A DNA stretch of 63,108 bases, counting the filler, from Octopus bimaculoides (taxonomy: Eukaryota), in the NCBI RefSeq assembly GCF_001194135.2. It is 5 parts of 5 records of this genome, joined end to end, with 100 filler letters (N's around TTAATTAATTAA, not from the genome) between each part and the next. Parts side by side here need not be neighbours in the genome. Positions count along the whole stretch, not along the records: positions 15,912 to 23,596 come from NC_068988.1; positions 23,697 to 43,456 come from NC_068995.1; 3 more parts are not named here. The stretch is one strand, 5' to 3'. The position numbers and the translations under genes are program-made. Each line of letters begins with the position of its first letter. Within the stretch, counting starts at the first letter, position 1. This document shows, one piece after another, positions 22,476 through 36,784 of this stretch. Under the pieces are notes generated by a model. That model ran no database searches, was not told the DNA's origin, and saw only the letters and a list, made by a program, of their open reading frames with translations.

Positions 22476-23013
22476 CAGGGTTATTCAAAAAGAAAAAGCA
22501 GATTTTAAATTTATTTTTAAAACAAATGGTAAGAGACACGAACTCATTCAACATATTTCTTGACAGGGGATGGTTTAAAGTTTATTTTAAAGTAGTATGC
22601 ACTCAATATCAGCACATGTGTTGCTCGGCAAACATCAAAACGGTAGACTATTTCTTGCCACAGTCGAAACAACTGATTTGTGGATATTGTGACGAGGTGG
22701 ATTTTTATTGTATTGGCAACGAAATTCACGTTACACTTGCACAATCGATTCGCATCTCTCAAACTGCAGCACACAAAAAGACTTTTCTTGTGGCGTCGCC
22801 GTTTTCTAAGGGATTACACAAATGAAAATTATACAACTTTGAAACATTAAAACAAAATAGAAATATTTTATTTAAGGCTTAATTCGATTGATCGTGTTCA
22901 GCTACAAACTTTAAGCCTTTTCTAATCAAGAAATATGTAGAATGTCTTTGTGTCTCTTACCATTTGTTTTGAAAATAAATTTGAAATCTACTCTTTCTTT
23001 TTGAATAACCCTG
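22476..23013 (-). mobile_element. Internally deleted Tc1/mariner-superfamily element (538 bp)
   Basis: About 37-bp TIRs CAGGGTTATTCAAAAAGAAA..AGATTT.AAATTT, TA left and TG right. Minus strand has N-terminal ATPQEKSFCVLQF..REFR..Y.K.PP fused to C-terminal LWQEIVYRFDVCRAT. Confidence 0.85.
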
Positions 23014-23103
23014 TGAATGTATGTGGGTATGTGTGAATGTAGAGGTACGTATATTCTTTCTAATTTGTGCAAATATGTCTAAATATAGGGATGGCTTGTT
23101 TTG

Positions 23104-23243
23104 GTTTCAGATTTTGACACAAGGCCAGAAATTTCGAGGCAAGGTCAACCTCGGCGGAATTTGAACTCAAGACGCAAAGATGGACGGAATGCCGCTGAGC
23201 ATTAAGCCCGACCTGTTAACGACTGCACCAGCTCACTGTCTTA
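23104..23243 (-). mobile_element. SINE family A with an internal deletion
   Basis: GACACAAGGCC..CTCGGCGGAATTTGAACTC..CCAGCTCACTGTCTT. Confidence 0.75.
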
Positions 23244-23374
23244 GTTATGGTTTATATTGACATCTTATTATATATACGTGCATATATATGTATGTATATA
23301 AGTAAATACATAATTATTCTTTAACAAGAATATTATTGAGAGTAACTTCGAACTTTCGGCCAGCTAAGCCATAA

Positions 23375-23577
23375 TCGGAGAAGAACCGTCAAGCCAAGTG
23401 AAATCGAAGTTATGGCTGGTGCCAATGACACATAAAAGCACCCACTACTCTCTCGGAATGGTTGCCGTAGAAACCAAGGAGAAATCAGATTGGAACCTGG
23501 CGCAGTTCCAGTCAAACCATCTAACTTATGCCAGCACGGAAAGCGGACGCTAAAGGATGATGAGGATGATGATGATA
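23375..23577 (+). mobile_element. SINE-like family D (ends ..GGACGYTAAA-(GAT)n)
   Basis: Matches 58540-58937 and 59560-59879: AAAGCACCCACTAC.CTCTCGG..CCAGCACGGAAAGCGGACG..GATGATGAT. Confidence 0.75.
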
Positions 23578-23696
23578 TATATATATGTATATATATNNNN
23601 NNNNNNNNNNNNNNNNNNNNNNNNNNNNNNNNNNNNNNNNTTAATTAATTAANNNNNNNNNNNNNNNNNNNNNNNNNNNNNNNNNNNNNNNNNNNN

Positions 23697-23743
<47 letters not shown>

Positions 23744-25789
23744 GCGTGCGTGTGTGTGTGTATATATATATATATATATTATTCCTATTTGTATATTGGT
23801 ATTTTAGCTGTAAATTCAATTTTTCGTCAATTTGTATTCCGTTTATTGCATTCAAATGAGTGGACGTGTATTTCGGCGGAGGATTCCTTCCATTTGTGTT
23901 TAGCCATAAATTGTATTTTATGGTATGTACCTATGTTTGTATTTTAGCTGTGTATATTATTCTTTAATGTATATTTGTAGTTTAACTGCGGATTTTATCT
24001 CCCTAAAACCTGAAATCGTTGTTAGCTTCCATGTTTGTTTATACACAGTTTTTCACTTTCCATCGCCATCCGTTAGATGTAATCTCCGTTCTACACTCCG
24101 CCACGTCCGAGTTACCACTGTATTGTCGTTATGTACACGGGTGGCCAATTAATTTAGAGATGTCAATCTGGAGGAAAAAGTGTTGTGTAGTGTGAGTTGT
24201 GTGTGTAGAGGGTGTATGTGTGTGTGTATACCGTGTGTTGCGTTACTGTTTGTATTGTATGGATTGTGTATGTGTGCGTTGTGTGTGTGTGTGTGTGTGT
24301 GTGTTGCGTGTGTTGGTGCATTACTCTGCTTGTGCGGTGTTTCTTTGTTTCTTTACTTATAATGATTTTAGTCGTTGGATCGCGGCTATGCTGGAGCACT
24401 ACATTTCGTGGAGNNNNNNNNNNNNNNNNNNNNNNNNNNNNNNNNNNNNNNNNNNNNNNNNNNNNNNNNNNNNNNNNNNNNNNNNNNNNNNNNNNNNNNN
24501 NNNNNNNNNNNNNNNNNNNNNNNNNNNNNNNNNNNNNNNNNNNNNNNNNNNNNNNNNNNNNNNNNNNNNNNNNNNNNNNNNNNNNNNNNNNNNNNNNNNN
24601 NNNNNNNNNNNNNNNNNNNNNNNNNNNNNNNNNNNNNNNNNNNNNNNNNNNNNNNNNNNNNNNNNNNNNNNNNNNNNNNNNNNNNNNNNNNNNNNNNNNN
24701 NNNNNNNNNNNNNNNNNNNNNNNNNNNNNNNNNNNNNNNNNNNNNNNNNNNNNNNNNNNNNNNNNNNNNNNNNNNNNNNNNNNNNNNNNNNNNNNNNNNN
24801 NNNNNNNNNNNNNNNNNNNNNNNNNNNNNNNNNNNNNNNNNNNNNNNNNNNNNNNNNNNNNNNNNNNNNNNNNNNNNNNNNNNNNNNNNNNNNNNNNNNN
24901 NNNNNNNNNNNNNNNNNNNNNNNNNNNNNNNNNNNNNNNNNNNNNNNNNNNNNNNNNNNNNNNNNNNNNNNNNNNNNNNNNNNNNNNNNNNNNNNNNNNN
25001 NNNNNNNNNNNNNNNNNNNNNNNNNNNNNNNNNNNNNNNNNNNNNNNNNNNNNNNNNNNNNNNNNNNNNNNNNNNNNNNNNNNNNNNNNNNNNNCTCCCC
25101 TGCATATATTTATACACAAACCCACACACACACGTGTATGTATATGCATGTATATGTGTGTATACACACAGAAGCACATATATATTTATATATACGTACT
25201 TTTACACACACTCACAAACACACACGCGCGCATTTTGACGCGCACACACACACACACACACACACACAAATATTCACGTACCCGTAGCAGAAAAGTAGAT
25301 TTGTTTCTGTATGTGTGACTGCATATGTGTACATGTGCTTTGTCTGTCGGTATGCGCGTATTAGCGCGTGGGGGGGGTGCCAGTGTATCTGTCTGCCTGT
25401 CGGTGTGTCTATATGCCTATATGTGTGCGTGTGTATATCTCTATATATGTAACAATTGCCTGATTATCAGAGCCACATCAATGCAGTTTCCTCATAGTAA
25501 TGTTACTGTGCAACAGAAAGGTTACAAAAAGAAGGTTACTAGTGTCTGAGTGACCGCACACACACACATTAACGCGCAACGCCATACGCGTTCATACACG
25601 TTCATATATATATAATATATATAATATATATAATATATATATACAGAGAGAGAGAGAGAGAGAGGGAGAGAGACGGGAGAGCGAGAGACACACACTTTTA
25701 TACAATCGTGTGTTCATTAAGCTCATACACACAAATATATTGCAATTCAAGTAATGATGAAAAAATGTTCAAAGGAAAATTGCTTTCAT

Positions 25790-25902
25790 TATTCATCATC
25801 CTCCTCATCATCATCATCCTCCTCATCATCATCATCATCATCATCCTCATCATCATCATCATCATCATCATCATCGTCGTCGTCGTTGTCGTCGTCGTCG
25901 TG
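25790..25902 (+). repeat. (CAT)n/(CGT)n compound microsatellite
   Basis: Direct trinucleotide runs. Confidence 0.9.
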
Positions 25903-26223
25903 AACAGCGTCATCAACGTCGTAATCTTCATCGTTCTTATTAATATCCGGTAATCAATCCGGTTAAACTTTCGTTGGTTGTGGCCATCACCCCCCCTCCC
26001 GCTCACACGATGCATCGCCATAAAAAAGATAAATGAAATATATTTGAATTAAATTAAGTTAAAATAAAAACAACAACGCTGATGTCTCTGAAGCACACAA
26101 ACTTATAATTTCGAATACAAAACCGGAAGTAGAAAATAAAGGAAGGAAGGAAGGAAGGAAGGAAGGAAGGAAGGAAGGAAAGAAGGAAGGTAGGAAGGAA
26201 GGAAAAGGAAAAATGAATAATGA

Positions 26224-26432
26224 TCCTTTCTATTGTAGGCACAAGGCCTGGGATTTTGGGAAAAGAGGGTTCGTCGATCTTCTGTACATGACTGGTTCTT
26301 ATTTTATCGATCCCGAAAGGATGAAAGGCAAAGTCGACCTCGGCAGAATTTGAACTCAGAACGTGAAGACTGACGAAGTGCCGCTAAGCATTTTGCCTCG
26401 GTGTGCCACGGATTCTGCCAGCACGTCGCTTC
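26224..26432 (-). mobile_element. SINE family A
   Basis: GGCACAAGGCC..GGCAAAGTCGACCTCGGCAGAATTTGAACTCAGAACG..GATTCTGCCAGC. Confidence 0.85.
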
Positions 26433-26574
26433 ATATGATAATGATAATAATGATGATAATAATAATAATAATAATTATAATTATAATAATAATAATAATA
26501 ATAATAACAGCAACAACAACAATAACAACAACATAGATGACAGTAATAAATGCATAAATAAAATAATTAATAGA

Positions 26575-26609
<35 letters not shown>

Positions 26610-28277
26610 ATGGAAGCCCCCCCCCCCCCAACCGCAGACATTCAGGGCTGTAGAAAATAAAACTGGGTGTGGTATTTAAGTGTAGGTGATGTAAATAAAT
26701 AAAATATATACACACCGAACGGCGGTTATCTATAATTTCTTTCAACACTCTCACACTTGTGTATAGTTCAATTTGAAGGCTGGGTTTTGTTGCTGTGGTT
26801 ATTGCTGGTGTTGTTGCTACTGTTGTTGTGGTGGTGGTGGTGGTGGTGGGTTCTAGTTTTGAGATTCGCCATATTTCTTTGTCTGGCTATCAGCTCCAGA
26901 CGAAGGCATCAGATGTGTTGGCACCACACAGACACCAGCGCAAGACTGTCTTGGAATAATAACTTACAAGTAAAACGAAAAGGGAGAAAAGGCGAAGAGA
27001 AAACCTGCCTTGTTTTATAATTTGCTGCTCTTTAAACAAGGATCGGTTCATTGATGTGACCCGTCTGCTTATATATATATATATCTGTATGTGTGTATGA
27101 GTGTGTGTGTGAGAGAGAGAGAGTGAGCAGTCCAGTGAAGAGTGTGTGTGTGTACGTGTCTGTGCGTAATCTGATTTAGCATGTGTTAAGAATGTTTATG
27201 CAGCGACTCGAGTTTCATGTCAAAACATGACATAAACCGCATACTCTATGTGCATTGAGCATTCCTCTCTTTTTCATTCGACAAATGTCAATATTCGTAT
27301 ATAGGTGTATGCGCACGTGTGTGTGTATATATGTGTGTACGTGTTTGATGTGTGTTTGTATACATGTATATATTATATATTTGTCTGTGTGTCTACGTTT
27401 AGAGTTTGGAAAGAGAAAAAGTACTAAATATAGAGGTAAAGTGTTAATATTTACTAAAGTAACAGACCTAGAATATGCTCAGAACTAGAATATGCATGTT
27501 TTTGCGTATGTGTGAACGTATGTGTGTGTAAGTGTGAGAGAAAGCGTGTGTGTGTACATATATATATATATATATACTGACACATACTCACACATATATC
27601 TATGAATATAAGCATATATATATATATATATATATATAAATATATATATAAACAGATATACGTGTGTGCGTGTGTGTACATATATATATACATTCATACC
27701 TGTATATGTATATATACATATATGAATATTATATATATATATACGTACATTACTTTCATATATATACGTACATACATTTATATATATACGTACATACATT
27801 ACTTTCATATATATACGTACATTACTTTCATACAAACATTCATGCATACATGTATACTTACATACATCCATATATGCACACATACATACATACATACATA
27901 CATACATCCATACACACATCCATACACACATACATACATACATGCGTGCATATGCGTGCCTCCATACTAGCAAAGACAGTTCGCGCCTCGTTAAGAACGG
28001 CAACCATATCAAAGTAGAACGAACTGACATCGATATCTGCTGATCGTTTAGATTAACGAACCGATCCACCCGACTCCACGATCCCACTCTCTACCCGTAA
28101 TTCCAGTACCCGAAACAACCACGCCCGCCCACTCTTTCCTCTACTGTATCACCTCCAATTAAACCACATCCCAGCATACTTTCATTGTTTATTGTATTTT
28201 GGCTGACAGAAATTTTACACACACGCGCACACACACATGCACACACACGCGCGCAACACGCACGCACACACACAAAC

Positions 28278-28321
<44 letters not shown>

Positions 28322-28435
28322 GTGAGTATATGTGTGTGTGTGTTAACAATGTCTTGCGGCTGGAAATTTATAGGCTAATGCATCACAACATATGTTTCTG
28401 TACCCCATACGTTCATATATATGTGTGTGCGTGAG

Positions 28436-28511
<76 letters not shown>

Positions 28512-29939
28512 TTAGGGACAAAATCCAAAATTACAGGTAAAAACTCAATTAAAATCAATTTATAAAAAATTAAAATTAAATTGAGCTTTACAGATTAAAC
28601 TATATATAAATATATAGTTTTAGGGAAAAGAACCAAGTTTCATGAACTCATCGATGAAAATCCACCATCACATATAGAAAAATTAACAATTAAAAGCACA
28701 ATAAATGAGTATAATATAATACAAAGTAAATATCATAAGATAACTAATTTAGAACTGGAAATAATGAAATGCCACAAGATACTTTTTCCTACTCTCAACT
28801 CTCCTCTTTTTATTACCTTTATTGTATCCAACACCTCCTTACCCCCTGTAAGCCCTGCACAAATCCTTGCGTCCAGTCCTTCCTTCCAGGAACATCATCC
28901 CTCCAGAATTCTCTCCCTCCTAATCATGTTTTTCTCGCACGATTTTAATTACAACGATACAGAAAGAATATTCACGTCACGAAACCTCATCGGTTCGGAA
29001 GGGGCCATGAGGATCACAGGGCACACACACCTCTTCCAGACCCAGCAATTAAAAAAGAAAAAATTAACCATTCACTACCAACCACCTTTCCACCACTATT
29101 GCACTCTAACTCACCTCATGATAAAAAAAGAGGTGGGTGGGGGTAATATTAATAAATACAAGATAAGGTGTAGAGTCAACGGCAACAACAAAACAGATGA
29201 ATAACCTGATTCGCCATTCTTCATAAAAGTTTAAACCACAAAATCACTGTCCAGATCAATGCAAAACATAAAAACTAATTGTGGAAACAACAGTCAAATA
29301 TTAGCCCCATGAAGATGTCATTACTGTCTGCTCCACTTCCCCCAGCAGCGCATTGATTGCCATCGAAGATATGCGATGGTTTTCTGCCGCCCCTGAAATA
29401 GTTATTTTTGAGTATTTTTTGTCGTGTTTTATTTGCTTTTCATCTGTTGTTTCTGACAGTTTTATTCTTAATTCATGAAGACAACTTTTATTTATGAAGA
29501 CAGATCTTTAAGAACGAAGAGAGAAGGGGATGGAGTCTTGTTTTTGTGTGTGTTGTTGTCACTTTGGTAGGAAGTCTCCTTTATAGCTTACACATACTAT
29601 AACCTGTACAACACACACACACCCGCTCATACATACACCAAGTACTTTGGAGTGCTTTTGCGACCTAAACATATCCTTATATCCGTAGGTAAACCTACGA
29701 CAAAGCGAATTTCTTAACCACGCAGCTATTCCAGCGCCGAAATAGATAAATTTTTCATTTTCCTTTTCTTTCCAGTTTGTAAATAAATGTGTTGAGATCT
29801 AAGGCGACCTCTTGGACTTGCCATTGTTGTAACAAAGAATCAAGTTTGTAGTTAGAAGCGGTGTTAAGGATTTAACTTCAAATGTCTTAAAATCAAATAT
29901 AAAAACAGTCGGTAATAACTGTGACAAGTGTACAACCTG

Positions 29940-29989
<50 letters not shown>

Positions 29990-30860
29990 NNNNNNNNNNN
30001 NNNNNNNNNNNNNNNNNNNNNNNNNNNNNNNNNNNNNNNNNNNNNNNNNNNNNNNNNNNNNNNNNNNNNNNNNNNNNNNNNNNNNNNNNNNNNNNNNNNN
30101 NNNNNNNNNNNNNNNNNNNNNNNNNNNNNNNNNNNNNNNNNNNNNNNNNNNNNNNNNNNNNNNNNNNNNNNNNNNNNNNNNNNNNNNNNNNNNNNNNNNN
30201 NNNNNNNNNNNNNNNNNNNNNNNNNNNNNNNNNNNNNNNNNNNNNNNNNNNNNNNNNNNNNNNNNNNNNNNNNNNNNNNNNNNNNNNNNNNNNNNNNNNN
30301 NNNNNNNNNNNNNNNNNTATATATATGTATATATATATATATATATGATATATGTATATACACACATATATATGCAGGTGTGTGCGTGTATATATATGTA
30401 TGTATGTACGTATGTATGTACGTATGTATGTACGTATGTATGTATTGTAGCGGTAAGTGTGTCTTATCTTCCTTATATAGCCGTAGTTGTTCTAATTAAC
30501 CGTCTGCGACATAGTTATGACAGGCAGACGTGACACCCAGATTATCAGCAATGATAAACTAATTTTATTAAATGGATCCCGTCTCCCTTTCACCCCCCCC
30601 CTCTTCCAACGTATCTCCTACCCCAGCCTCGCATCATGCAATGTTTTCTAATGAAGTTAGTGTCATCCACCCTGATAATACCCGGCCATCTCAAGTTAAT
30701 CAGTCGTGTATGTAAAATAGATGATACCTGTCGTGACTAGGAGGAAAAGTTAGAATAGACCTACCTCTACATGCGCACACACTCACACATATGCACATAT
30801 ACACGTATATATACGCACACATGCAAACATACACACAGACATATTTCACATATACAGACA

Positions 30861-30939
<79 letters not shown>

Positions 30940-31124
30940 ATAACTATATAGATGTACTCATATACATACAGACATCTGTGTGCGTGTGTATGTGTGTGTG
31001 TGTGTGTGTGTGTGCGTGTGTGTGTGAGAAAGCGCTGTCATGAGTACATTTAGAAATGGCAGGCATCTTACTGAGACAGAGGTTGAGGTCATGCGATGAA
31101 GTAGGAGACCCACCCAAGAGAAGT

Positions 31125-31158
<34 letters not shown>

Positions 31159-31493
31159 AGGACATACCGTTGGGTGGCATGACAACCTATTGCAAAATTT
31201 GAATCATAAAATATACGTGGTCTATCTTTATGACTGAAATTCATTTTCGTTCCTCCGTCACCTCCTCACCCCACAACACACCTGCAACTCCACACCTCAC
31301 CCATTAATTACACCGCGACACGTCTAATGTCTTGAAGAAGATTTCGTTGCTATTTTGAGTTGCCCACAAGACCACCCAGAGGCTCCTTCGAATCCGGGTA
31401 GGAGACTTTTTGGCGCAGCCGGTTTGGTGCCGCTTCTTTGGCGTTGTTGAATCGAAGTTGACTCGTTTAACATCAGTTGTTTTAATAATCACC

Positions 31494-31541
<48 letters not shown>

Positions 31542-32571
31542 TCCTTCTTTATCTCTCTCTCTCTCTCTCTCTTTCTCTTTCTCTCTCTTTATCTCTCTCT
31601 CTCTCTCTCTCTCATTCTTTCTATCTATTTGGGTATATTTCTGCGCACGCCTACGTGTGTAAGTCTCTTTAATGATCTGCGTCTGTTTTAGCATTAGTTT
31701 ATAAATAAAAAAAACATTTTGGCCAAACATTANNNNNNNNNNNNNNNNNNNNNNNNNNNNNNNNNNNNNNNNNNNNNNNNNNNNNNNNNNNNNNNNNNNN
31801 NNNNNNNNNNNNNNNNNNNNNNNNNNNNNNNNNNNNNNNNNNNNNNNNNNNNNNNNNNNNNNNNNNNNNNNNNNNNNNNNNNNNNNNNNNNNNNNNNNNN
31901 NNNNNNNNNNNNNNNNNNNNNNNNNNNNNNNNNNNNNNNNNNNNNNNNNNNNNNNNNNNNNNNNNNNNNNNNNNNNNNNNNNNNNNNNNNNNNNNNNNNN
32001 NNNNNNNNNNNNNNNNNNNNNNNNNNNNNNNNNNNNNNNNNNNNNNNNNNNNNNNNNNNNNNNNNNNNNNNNNNNNNNNNNNNNNNNNNNNNNNNNNNNN
32101 NNNNNNNNNNNNNNNNNNNNNNNNNNNNNNNNNNNNNNNNNNNNNNNNNNNNNNNNNNNNNNNNNNNNNNNNNNNNNNNNNNNNNNNNNNNNNNNNNNNN
32201 NNNTATATATATATATATATATTTATATATACACACACACTTTGGTTCAACGATTTCTTTCAGAGTCGGCACATCAAACATAGAGAACTTCTTTCATTGT
32301 AATCCTTTCTTCAGTAAACCCTTTTCACTTGATTTATGTGTCTTTTATGTTCCCATTTCGAACCTTTCACCATACACGCTATTTCACCGATCCGTTTTAT
32401 TATTTCGCCGTCTTCTCAACCTTCTTTTCTATTTCTGTACACTCAGAAATACACCTGATTACCACTTATTAAATATTTTCTCGTATTTTTAGTGTTTTCC
32501 CCAGTTTTTGTTTTCCTTAACTTGTCAAAAATATACAAACACTTTTTGTATTTGATATACATTACATATTC

Positions 32572-32661
32572 TTTTCTACTCTGGGCACAAAGCCCACAGT
32601 TTTTGGCGAGGGAGCCAGTCGATTAGATCGACCCCAATACGCAACTGGTACTTAGTTTATC
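32572..32661 (-). mobile_element. SINE family A 3' fragment
   Basis: TTTTCTACTCTGGGCACAAAGCCC..GTCGATTAGATCGACCCC..GCAACTGGTAC. Confidence 0.75.
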
Positions 32662-35323
32662 CACTCATGTGTATGTATACGGATATAAATAAACGCGAAA
32701 TCGAGGTTATCATTTGAAAGTAAATTTAAGAATAAGAATGCAACAGAACTGGTGGTGGGGGTTCAATGCTGGGATGAGAATTAAATAATATACTGTAAAG
32801 TTCGCGTTGACCTGACGGATTATAAGTATATATATATANNNNNNNNNNNNNNNNNNNNNNNNNNNNNNNNNNNNNNNNNNNNNNNNNNNNNNNNNNNNNN
32901 NNNNNNNNNNNNNNNNNNNNNNNNNNNNNNNNNNNNNNNNNNNNNNNNNNNNNNNNNNNNNNNNNNNNNNNNNNNNNNNNNNNNNNNNNNNNNNNNNNNN
33001 NNNNNNNNNNNNNNNNNNNNNNNNNNNNNNNNNNNNNNNNNNNNNNNNNNNNNNNNNNNNNNNNNNNNNNNNNNNNNNNNNNNNNNNNNNNNNNNNNNNN
33101 NNNNNNNNNNNNNNNNNNNNNNNNNNNNNNNNNNNNNNNNNNNNNNNNNNNNNNNNNNNNNNNNNNNNNNNNNNNNNNNNNNNNNNNNNNNNNNNNNNNN
33201 NNNNNNNNNNNNNNNNNNNNNNTATATAAAACTATTTTCATATGCCATTCTTTTCTGAGTCATTCTCCCTCCGAATTTTATGTCATTTCTTTTTTTTTTT
33301 TTTCAGTCTGTTCAACATTTTTTTTACTTTGACACAACAACCATTGTTTACCGAAGTCGGTCATTAACTTTCATCCACTTCCAGCAGCCATGTTTATAAA
33401 ATGTGCAAAACATTTGCACTCCAGATGTCACCAATGTGCAGCCAAGGCAACAACAGCGATTTCGGCAAACACCGAAACAAGATTCATGACAATTAGTTTT
33501 AGTTTAATTCCTATTATGTTATTAATGGGGAACAGCATCTGGGTTTGCTGGTTTCCAAGGGGCCAGTCATGGGTTCACAGCAATTCTGACGGGGTCAGTG
33601 ACAAAGGAGTGTCGGTAAAAAGCTGCAGCACAAATTATATCAAGAAAATTCGGACCTTTTTTCCACATTGTTTCTTAATCCTTTGTCAATATACACTGCA
33701 AAAGGTATACGCACAGATACATACACATATATGCTATGTGCTTCTGTGCGTGTGCCTCTGTGTGTGTGTGTGTGTGTGTGGTGTACAGACCTGGGCAAAT
33801 ATTTTATAGAAAACTGACAATTATGTATGCCAATCCTACGTCACCGATGGAGCCCAAAGATTTTCCCACCGCTTTAGGGCCGATACAGCTAGGCAACAGT
33901 GACGTCACAAGCTCTACTGTCAGAACGCAAAGGACCATAGCAGCTACCAGAAGGCACCTTTTCAACATTCTCATAGTTCCATCGTCTTGGATTGCTTCCT
34001 TCTTTTATCGATCACGAAAGGATACAGAGCACAGGTGACTTCGGCGGAATTTGAACACAGTTGGAACAAATACTGCGAGACATTTTATCGAACACCTCTC
34101 ATGAGTCTTCCAATTCGTCAATTTCACATGACTAAAAGATTTCTCAAAACCAAACCAAATACTTCAACTTAGTCAACAATTACGCATTGCCCTTGATTTG
34201 TAGGCGGCTAACATGCACAATATGGTGAGATAGAATGTCCTCGCGTAACTAAATATAATCTTTGTTTCCTGCTTTGCGTCACCAATATATATATACACAC
34301 ACACACGTATATATATATATATATATATATATNNNNNNNNNNNNNNNNNNNNNNNNNNNNNNNNNNNNNNNNNNNNNNNNNNNNNNNNNNNNNNNNNNNN
34401 NNNNNNNNNNNNNNNNNNNNNNNNNNNNNNNNNNNNNNNNNNNNNNNNNNNNNNNNNNNNNNNNNNNNNNNNNNNNNNNNNNNNNNNNNNNNNNNNNNNN
34501 NNNNNNNNNNNNNNNNNNNNNNNNNNNNNNNNNNNNNNNNNNNNNNNNNNNNNNNNNNNNNNNNNNNNNNNNNNNNNNNNNNNNNNNNNNNNNNNNNNNN
34601 NNNNNNNNNNNNNNNNNNNNNNNNNNNNNNNNNNNNNNNNNNNNNNNNNNNNNNNNNNNNNNNNNNNNNNNNNNNNNNNNNNNNNNNNNNNNNNNNNNNN
34701 NNNNNNNNNNNNNNNNNNNNNNNNNNNNNNNNNNNNNNNNNNNNNNNNNNNNNNNNNNNNNNNNNNNNNNNNNNNNNNNNNNNNNNNNNNNNNNNNNNNN
34801 NNNNNNNNNNNNNNNNNNNNNNNNNNNNNNNNNNNNNNNNNNNNNNNNNNNNNNNNNNNNNNNNNNNNNNNNNNNNNNNNNNNNNNNNNNNNNNNNNNNN
34901 NNNNNNNNNNNNNNNNNNNNNNNNNNNNNNNNNNNNNNNNNNNNNNNNNNNNNNNNNNNNNNNNNNNNNNNNNNNNNNNNNNNNNNNNNNNNNNNNNNNN
35001 NNNNNNNNNNNNNNNNNNNNNNNNNNNNNNNNNNNNNNNNNNNNNNNNNNNNNNNNNNNNNNNNNNNNNNNNNNNNNNNNNNNNNNNNNNNNNNNNNNNN
35101 NNNNNNNNNNNNNNNNNNNNNNNNNNNNNNNNNNNNNNNNNNNNNNNNNNNNNNNNNNNNNNNNNNNNNNNNNNNNNNNNNNNNNNNNNNNNNNNNNNNN
35201 NNNNNNNNNNNNNNTGTATGTGTGTGTGTGTGTGTGTGTGTGCGTGTGTGTGCATGTGTTTCTGTAATATGTAGGCGGAATTTTTAGATATGTGTATGTA
35301 TATGTTTGGTTGCACACCTACTC

Positions 35324-35365
<42 letters not shown>

Positions 35366-36704
35366 AAACTGTATACACACGCCCCCACGTATGTGTGTGT
35401 GTGTGGGTGCATGCATATAAATAACACCTTAGGTGTTTCAGAAAAGAACTCGTTGGCTATGTCCCTGGGTTCACTGCACGCACGTAAAAAGTCAGGATGG
35501 TCACAGCTGGAATGCTTTGATCGTTGGACTGCTCGCTCAAGAATAACTTGAAGGTGAAACACAAACAACCAGATACACACACACACACACACATACACAC
35601 ACGCACACACACACACACATATGCTTGTAACAACACACATCTACATATAACCACCACTACTACAACCATCACCACCAGTACCACTACTACTACTACTACT
35701 ACTATTACTACTACTACTACTACTACTACATATAAACATACAATTAAGTGCAACCAATGGCGTTCATCTTCCAAAAAGGAACAATTTTGTTCTGAAAAGA
35801 AGCCGAAAACTGTCTTTTGTTGAAAGGATATTTCTGTATGTAAGGGTCTCTTTATTTCTTTTGTGCACGAAAAGGGTTAAGACTGCACCTGTGTATGTGT
35901 GTGTGTATGTGTCTTTATCTTTTGTTTGCTTTAATGGCCTACCAATGCATGCAGTACGCTTCTCTGCCCTAGGTGTCAGGAAGACACTCGGCAAGAAATG
36001 GAAACGGAATTGAAAGAAGATGCTAATGAAAACAATAATAATATAAAGGAATATAAAGGAAATTGGAAAGGAGTGCCCAGTAGAAAGGGTTCACTTGGGA
36101 CTGATGTTATGTCAGTTGGGCAAGCCAGCCACCTAGCCAGCCAACAAACCAGCCGGCTAGTCAGACAAACAGACAGACAGACACATTCTGCCTTGCCCTG
36201 CCTATATCTTTCTGCCTTCTGTCTTGTCCTTTATTTCCTTATCTCTGTCTCTTGTCTCCTCAATGATATGAATTAAACAACACACCTAATATTCATTTGC
36301 CAGGTGTGGAGGGAAGTCCTGCTGAAGTCTGCGTGCGGGGGACTGTTATACAGACATACATACATACATAAATACTTACATATGGATACGTATATATCAT
36401 GTATGTATGTATGTATGTATGTACGTATGTATGTATGTATGTATGTATGTATGTATTTGTGTATGTATGCTGGGTGTACCATGGTATTCTGTAACGTAAT
36501 GGGCTGCAGTTTAGAGTGTTGTGGTGTGGCGTGGTGGTGTCTAAGCTAATAATTTATGATTGTGGCGTCAAGCTTGATTGATTGCTTGCGATTTCGCTGG
36601 GGTTTTTTCACGTAGTTCCTTTTTTGCCCTTTTTATTAGATTTATTTTATTTTTTTCACACTTCGTTGTTATTGCTTTTTCTTCTTTTCTTCTGTCAATC
36701 TATT

Positions 36705-36707
<3 letters not shown>

Positions 36708-36756
<49 letters not shown>

Positions 36757-36784
36757 GGTGGTGGTGGTGGTGGTGGTGGTGGTG
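36708..36784 (+). repeat. (TTG)n(GGT)n compound microsatellite
   Basis: Direct runs. Confidence 0.95.

Noticed and set aside
28620-28665. Minus-strand CGATGA-GTTCAT-GAAAC-TTG-GTT, hammerhead-like
   Set aside because: The core lacks CUGA, stem II does not pair, and there is no stem I complement.
28764-29204. 146-aa ORF next to a (TAA)n-associated AT-rich repeat
   Set aside because: Low-complexity composition and no motif match in any frame.
33390-33809. 139-aa ORF in unique sequence
   Set aside because: No recognisable domain or convincing splice context, and the 3' end runs into a TG microsatellite.
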